From Amoebophrya sp. A120 (lineage: Eukaryota > Protista > Dinoflagellata), in the NCBI GenBank assembly GCA_905178155.1, contig CAJINV010000020.1, forward strand, positions 930,001 through 994,000: a stretch of DNA of 64,000 nt, given 5' to 3'. How positions within the stretch are numbered: position 1 is the stretch's first letter; every line of letters starts with the position of its first letter. This document shows, piece after piece, positions 58,561 through 64,000 of this stretch. The position numbers and the translations under genes were made by a program. Under the pieces are notes generated by a model, which worked only from the letters and a program-made list of their open reading frames with translations, did no database searches and was not told the DNA's origin.

Positions 58561-61500
58561 TTAACTTCCCCCACCCGTTCTCCCTCGGAGCACCCTTTTT
58601 CTGGTGACTTCCGTCTCCTTCCGCGGCACCTTGCACATCTCCGACAGCGAATGCTCCGCTTCGGTGTCCCGTGTGGGCCCACGAAAACGCATGAGCAGGT
58701 CGTGCACCTCTTTCGTTGGCTTGTATTTCAGCGCGATACTGAAGTGCTTCTGGTAGAGTTCGAAGTTGTTCTTGATCCGGTGCTCGGACCACCATTCGTC
58801 GAAGCTGTAGTACCGGATGGTAGCGGCCTGCTCTTCGGGGGTAGGAGCTCTGTTCAGGTCCGGCGGCTTTTGCAACATCATTCCCACTTTACTTTTCTTC
58901 ACTTTGTCGCTTCCTTTCTTTGTGTCGATTCTCCAGACCAAGTTTCTGCAGCGGGCTTTGCTTGCCTGAGACGCCGCGGCTGTCGCCGGTAGAGCCATGT
59001 CGCCCCAGATCATGTCAATGGTGCTGTCCTTGGTCGGGTACCCACCGCGCTCCGGCTCCATGCCGTTGTCGGGCAGAATGAACTTCACAACGTCCAGGCT
59101 TTTCTTGTCGTTCACACTGCCCTTGGAGCTTTTGTCTTTCAGCTTCTTCAAAAAGTCACAAGTTGGCGTCGGGACATTCCGCAGGGGCGCGCTTCCTTTC
59201 GCCGTGGCCTCATCCAGCGCGTTTTGCTCCCGCCGACACCGATTGTCGAGGTAGTTCGCGATGTAGTTGCGGACTTGGAGCGCGCTGCGGTACTCGCACA
59301 CCACTTCGGGGAAGACGAACCGCAGCCGGAGAGTGCACTGCATGTCCTGGTAGCGATCGAACCCGGAGCCGCGCCAGACGACACACGGGTAGGCCCCCTG
59401 AGTGGGATATAGTGCGTGGACAGCGTGCTGCATTGCGATGATCAGAGGGCAGTTTGGCTCTAACAGCTCCTCTTCGGTGAGAAAGAGGCTCGGGTCGCTG
59501 TGCTTGTAATTGATGACGAAGTCAAAGTAGAACCGAAATGCGCCGTCCGCGCGCATCGTCTCGCGGATGGGCAAACCAATGCGGAGCAGGTCGTAGGTGG
59601 TCTTCATGGCAGTCCAGAGACAGCTGAACTTATTAAACGACACGTAGATATAATCCGCCAAGCTGCGGCAGTTCAAATTGCTTGAGCCAAACAAGTGCGA
59701 AAACCAGGTCCAACGTAGCATGACTTTGTGCGTGCCCAAGTTGAGGTGGTGCGCGTTCGCTTTGTTAACCAACTCGGAAGAGTCTGGCGTCGCGGCTCCG
59801 AAGCGGGTCAGCTGGTCGTAGATTCCGGTCAGAGTGGCGCAGTCACAGGTCTCATAGGGCAGGCAGACGTCGCCCGGTTTCGCGAAGTCATTCAGCCTCT
59901 TCTCTAAATAACCAAGGTCAAACTCGTGGTAGGCTGACAGCGCGAGCAGCAACCGTTTCCCCTGCAGCTGCTTCGGCGACAGTGTCACCAATTTGTAATC
60001 GCTGGTGAGCGCAACCCGTCGGTCTTGCAGTACAATCTCCTCGGCCGCGACCATGTGGCCTTGCCCGTTCTCGGAATCAAATAAATCGCAATCCTTTAGT
60101 GCCGGCTTGCCGCCATCGAGCACGACGTACCAGGGGCATTCCCGGAAAAATTCCTCCTCCAGCTTCTTCTTCTCCCGCTGCGTTTCCTGCCGTGCGCGCT
60201 CCGTGAGGGCAAGATGCAGCGCCGTTGCATCATCCTCTCGCTTCTTGTTCTTCTCCTGCGAGGGGTTCAGCGCTTCCGCAAGCAGCCTCCACTTGTCCGT
60301 GTGCTCCTGGATTTCCGTCTTGAAGACCAGATTGACTAACTCGGCTTTCTTGCACGACGTAATGTGGTCCACAATCAACACGTTCCCCTTCCCGCGCTCG
60401 TCAACACTGCACACCTTTTTCAGAAAGCTAGACGCCCCCGGCTTATTTTTTTCTTTCCTCCGCTCCTCCGCCAAAAACTCATCGATCGCGCTCTGTTCGT
60501 ACTCAAAGGCGAAGTGCGTTCCTCCGCGGTTCCTTAGATTCTCCACGAGGGGCTTAATTTCCTCAATGCGGCACGCGGCTGCTCTAGCTCTTGCAGTATG
60601 TGTTGCGCTCTCTGTCGCCGACGCCGTCGCCGCAGCCGCAGCGTCTTGCTCACATAAAAGCTGTTCTTCTTTTAGGTGTTGTAGATACTGTTCCCATATT
60701 TGCAGATCGGCGGCGGCCGAGGTGTTCACACCTTGTTCGCGCTCCTTCGGGTAGGAGCGACCGCCGTCTTGCTCCTTGGGTTTCCACTTCTGCAAGTCCG
60801 CCAGCTCTAGTACCTTCTCACCACTTTTCGCTTTGGCGTGCCCCCCGTACGTTTGCGTCCGGTCCCGTTCGTTTTGAGCCTTTTTGAGCCGTTCAATCAA
60901 AGGAGCTTCACCCTTCCGCAGAGTCTCCTGGGAAGGAGCCGATGTTGGCTCATCTCTTTGTTGTTCTGTAGTCGGGAGTCGTGAGGACAAAATTGATGAA
61001 GACGACGAAGCACTCGTGATTGGCGGAACTTGATCATGCGGTGCGCGATTTGTCTTCCTTGTAAGAGAGGAGGAAGACGAGCCTGTCTCGTCTGCATTTA
61101 TGCTGAAAAACTCGTTCCACTTCCCCACTTGTTTCTTGTCTCCCCTACCTCGACCCTTCCGCCCGTACTCTTCCCCCTCCTGGAAGCCGCCCTTCTTCAT
61201 AACAGCGCTTTTATCCTTATCTAGACACTCCTTGTGCACAATTCTCGACAAACGCTTGAGTTTTCTCTTCGGTGGCGCCGTGCCCTCGGGATCCAGCGAG
61301 TTCTCGATGTCTCTCCGCACGCTTTCGAGTGTAATATTTTGCGTCACTTCCGCCCTTCCTTTGAGAATAAACTCGATGATCCACTTGTGCACGGGGAGTA
61401 TTTCGTCCAATTCCCCCCAGTCGACGTTGTTTTCTTCGGGCGCTAGCAAACGGCTTTCCTTGCTCCAGGGCGCGGGATTTTTCAGGATCGTCATACCCGT

Positions 61501-61683
61501 GCCGGTCTTTTTGTGCTGCACTTCGATCTTCTTACGCACCCACAATTTGTCGCCTTCGCTGTACCAGCGAAGTGTCGTTTCTTTGCTCGAGAGCATTGCC
61601 TCATCCTCCTCCAAAATCAGTTCAGTGGTCGGGCTCATGTCCCCGTTGCCGCTGCCCGCGGCGCTCTCGGCACGAGACGACAT
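58561..61683 (-). CDS. Intronless 1040-aa protein, possible degenerate AEP/PrimPol-like domain near the C-terminus
   Basis: Long clean ORF. RETM...FRFYFDF and LRLRFVFPEVV resemble AEP motifs I/II but lack the second acidic residue and the His, so the domain call is tentative. Confidence 0.75.
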   Translation of the reverse strand: MSSRAESAAGSGNGDMSPTTELILEEDEAMLSSKETTLRWYSEGDKLWVRKKIEVQHKKTGTGMTILKNPAPWSKESRLLAPEENNVDWGELDEILPVHKWIIEFILKGRAEVTQNITLESVRRDIENSLDPEGTAPPKRKLKRLSRIVHKECLDKDKSAVMKKGGFQEGEEYGRKGRGRGDKKQVGKWNEFFSINADETGSSSSSLTRKTNRAPHDQVPPITSASSSSSILSSRLPTTEQQRDEPTSAPSQETLRKGEAPLIERLKKAQNERDRTQTYGGHAKAKSGEKVLELADLQKWKPKEQDGGRSYPKEREQGVNTSAAADLQIWEQYLQHLKEEQLLCEQDAAAAATASATESATHTARARAAACRIEEIKPLVENLRNRGGTHFAFEYEQSAIDEFLAEERRKEKNKPGASSFLKKVCSVDERGKGNVLIVDHITSCKKAELVNLVFKTEIQEHTDKWRLLAEALNPSQEKNKKREDDATALHLALTERARQETQREKKKLEEEFFRECPWYVVLDGGKPALKDCDLFDSENGQGHMVAAEEIVLQDRRVALTSDYKLVTLSPKQLQGKRLLLALSAYHEFDLGYLEKRLNDFAKPGDVCLPYETCDCATLTGIYDQLTRFGAATPDSSELVNKANAHHLNLGTHKVMLRWTWFSHLFGSSNLNCRSLADYIYVSFNKFSCLWTAMKTTYDLLRIGLPIRETMRADGAFRFYFDFVINYKHSDPSLFLTEEELLEPNCPLIIAMQHAVHALYPTQGAYPCVVWRGSGFDRYQDMQCTLRLRFVFPEVVCEYRSALQVRNYIANYLDNRCRREQNALDEATAKGSAPLRNVPTPTCDFLKKLKDKSSKGSVNDKKSLDVVKFILPDNGMEPERGGYPTKDSTIDMIWGDMALPATAAASQASKARCRNLVWRIDTKKGSDKVKKSKVGMMLQKPPDLNRAPTPEEQAATIRYYSFDEWWSEHRIKNNFELYQKHFSIALKYKPTKEVHDLLMRFRGPTRDTEAEHSLSEMCKVPRKETEVTRKRVLRGRTGGGS

Positions 61684-62515
61684 TCTTCAAAGAGGTGGAG
61701 GTGGAGCTGTAGCTGCAAGTATTGATGGAAAACGCGTAGTCGTTTTTTGTTTATCTTCGTTTCTTCCTGTGTTTCGCGAGAAGATGCCTAGGTAGACGTA
61801 ACCGGAACCATCAAATCAATCTATGTAAACCAGCGAAAAAATGATCATGATTTCAGTGAAATTACTGGGTAAATCCAGACATTCGCCGGCACCGCGACCG
61901 ACCACTACCATATAAAAGATAAACTCAACACTGAAGCAGGAGAATCCGTGATCAAGCGGTCCACGTCCACCTGGGCACGTGGACGACATAAAATGACCTT
62001 GGGAAAGGCAGCGGAAGCCGACAGCGGAGGAATCTATCACTATCTCTTACTCACGGCAAGAGGCATTTTGATCGTAGGCACAGCTTTTATAAGCAGTAAA
62101 AATGCGGGGGATCGTGACGGAGAAGGCAACGCGGGCATCTTGCAGCTTTCAAGTACACACACCCGACAGAACAACAGCCACGAAAATTGTTTTCCAGCAT
62201 ACAAGCATTGGTGCCGGAGGTTCGCACACACACACGGCGACCGAGTAGGGACAGGACGACCGGGTGCCCAGAAGAGTAAAAGCAGACGCCCTCCTCGGCA
62301 TTACATTTTCCTTTGAAGAACGCTCACATATAGATGCTCGCCAACACCACAGGGGCAATCGTTATTACAGGTCGAAAAACAAAAAACTTGTATCTTTCTA
62401 AGTAAGTGGCACTGTCTACAATAGTTCTTGTCGGCTTCAAGACATCAGCCTTGTGATCTTTTAAAGCCACAACAGGAGCTAGTACCTGCTCTAAGTAGCA
62501 GCGTTTTCAAATAAC

Positions 62516-64000
62516 TCAGAAAAACACTCGTGTCAAATTTGTATTCATCCACAATTTCGTCAAATCTTCTTCCTCAAGATGTTCCGGCAGCCCGATGATG
62601 TTGATCGCGCTGCTGTTCCGGACGTGTATTCTATATCGAGTGCAAAAGTGTCTGGGTCTGGAAGAGTGAGAGGTTTGTCATGCATATTTTGCATGACCCC
62701 TGACGCCTGTAATGCATGGTCCAGCATCACATATTTTTAGAGGACTTCCTGAAGATGCCTGTTACGCATGAGAAACACCTTCCCCACGTAGTACAAAGTG
62801 GACTCCTCTTGGTTGCTGGTCATGCAATACAAATTTTTTATAGAATCCAAAGACAGCATCACAAGTTTGCATCCTTCCAGACCCAGACACTTTTGCATTT
62901 GATATTCTACTCCGGTCGACGAAGCGCCAAAAGTTCGGTAAGTGACACGCGAACTGCGGGTACACCCATCCAGGCCCTGTACCGTAGAAGTGCGTCAACC
63001 CGATGTCTTTGAACAGCTGCGAGAGGCGGGACCGAATGCCTGGATCGGTGCAAGTGGTCGGGGAGGATGTAGAAGGAGTAGATGCTGGTAGAGACATGTT
63101 TTCAATATCATCTTCATCCTCATCCCCTGGAGGTCGTGAAGTAGAACGTGCTGACGTTCGTGTTCTGCCTTCAGGCCCAGCAGATCCAGATGATCCCGGG
63201 TCGTCAGATCCGGCCTTATTTTTGTTCGTTCCTGTCTTCTCCGCCCAGAATGCAGAGTACTCAAACATCACCGCCCACACTCGGCTGTGTCGCAGAAACT
63301 CAGCAGCTCCCAGCAGCGCCGCGCATTCGTACCCTTCTACGTCGGCCTTGACGATGAGATCCCGTTTTTTATGCTCCCTTTTCCGCTGCTTGTTATCAAC
63401 GTATCGCCAGTGTTTGTTCCAAATCGTGTCGACGGTGTGCAGACGGACACTGACATCGTGCTTGTTGATCAGCTGCAGCTTCGCGGCTTCCTGCACCGCC
63501 AGGCTCGCTGCATGACGATCTTCCCCCAGGTAGCTTGGTGTTGCTCTTGCTGCGTCCTCTACTTCTTTTCCATCGTAATAATGTTGCTGTCTGGCTGAAG
63601 TAATGCTGCTGGAAGGAGGAGCAGAGCTCGATCTATCTTTTGACTCGTCAAAAATTTCGTCTTCGACCGCTTCAAGATGATCACCGTCGACCTGCTGATG
63701 TTTTTCTCCACTCATTTCGCCTTCTTGATGTTGACCATGATCTCTCTGCCACTGCGGCCACACGACGTTTCGTTCCTGTAAATCATTCTCCTTCATATCC
63801 ACAGAAAAAAAACACCCATCCCCATCCAATTTTTGTAAATGACAGACACAGCTGCATCTTATGCATCTTTTGCATGACAAATTGGATGGGCTGCATGGGT
63901 TTTTTTCTTTGGATACTTCACATCTCTTTCGTCCAACACCACCGAGCTCCAATTTACCAAAGACAGCGCCCGTTCCTCCCCCTCGGTCTCCGGGGCGCCG
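62516..64000 (-). CDS. FkbM-family methyltransferase (paralog 2), 5' end outside window
   Basis: GAPETEGE, VRLHTVD.IWN.HWRY, KADVEGYECAALLGA.EFLRHSRVW and NIIGLPEH shared with paralog 1. Confidence 0.88.
62634..62904. mobile_element. Introner family A
   Basis: TIR, DR ttcta, joins RSRI|HVRNSS. Confidence 0.92.
63796..63915. mobile_element. Introner family C
   Basis: TIR, DR cttca. Confidence 0.92.

Noticed and set aside
642-63952. Recurrent ORF peptides such as FQTQTFLHLI, KCKNVWVWK, PDPDIFAFD, MSGSGR as a protein family
   Set aside because: They are translations of introner TIRs in different frames.

Overview
Eukaryotic genomic DNA, most likely from the parasitic dinoflagellate Amoebophrya (A120-like). 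The assignment rests on my recollection of published descriptions of its non-canonical 'introner' introns (TAT-N7-AAA inverted repeats plus short direct repeats), not on a search. All ~13 credible host genes lie on the minus strand. Their reading frames are interrupted by 49 non-GT/AG, 96-404 bp elements from about 9 unrelated TIR families. Nearly all start TAT, end ATA and are flanked by a 5-nt direct repeat (DR), and almost all carry multiple GCAT(G/C/T)ACA motifs in both orientations. Removing an element plus one DR copy restored the frame at the junctions I translated, with one exception (5420). Genes: a Cys-rich surface protein, an RCC1 protein, a DUF676 lipase, a ~1912-aa ABC1/ADCK kinase with 21 introners, a ferric reductase, a DUF305 protein, two FkbM methyltransferases, an intronless degenerate primase-like ORF and several hypotheticals. 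Also present: non-autonomous TIR transposons and a Penelope-like RT fragment. The most unusual signal is that three >1-kb insertions in coding exons lack an intact introner TIR pair and are instead bracketed by 36-63-nt direct repeats of exon sequence. These repeats differ mostly at synonymous sites, and one copy matches the spliced (intron-free) sequence. Coordinates were read by hand and may be off by a base or two.
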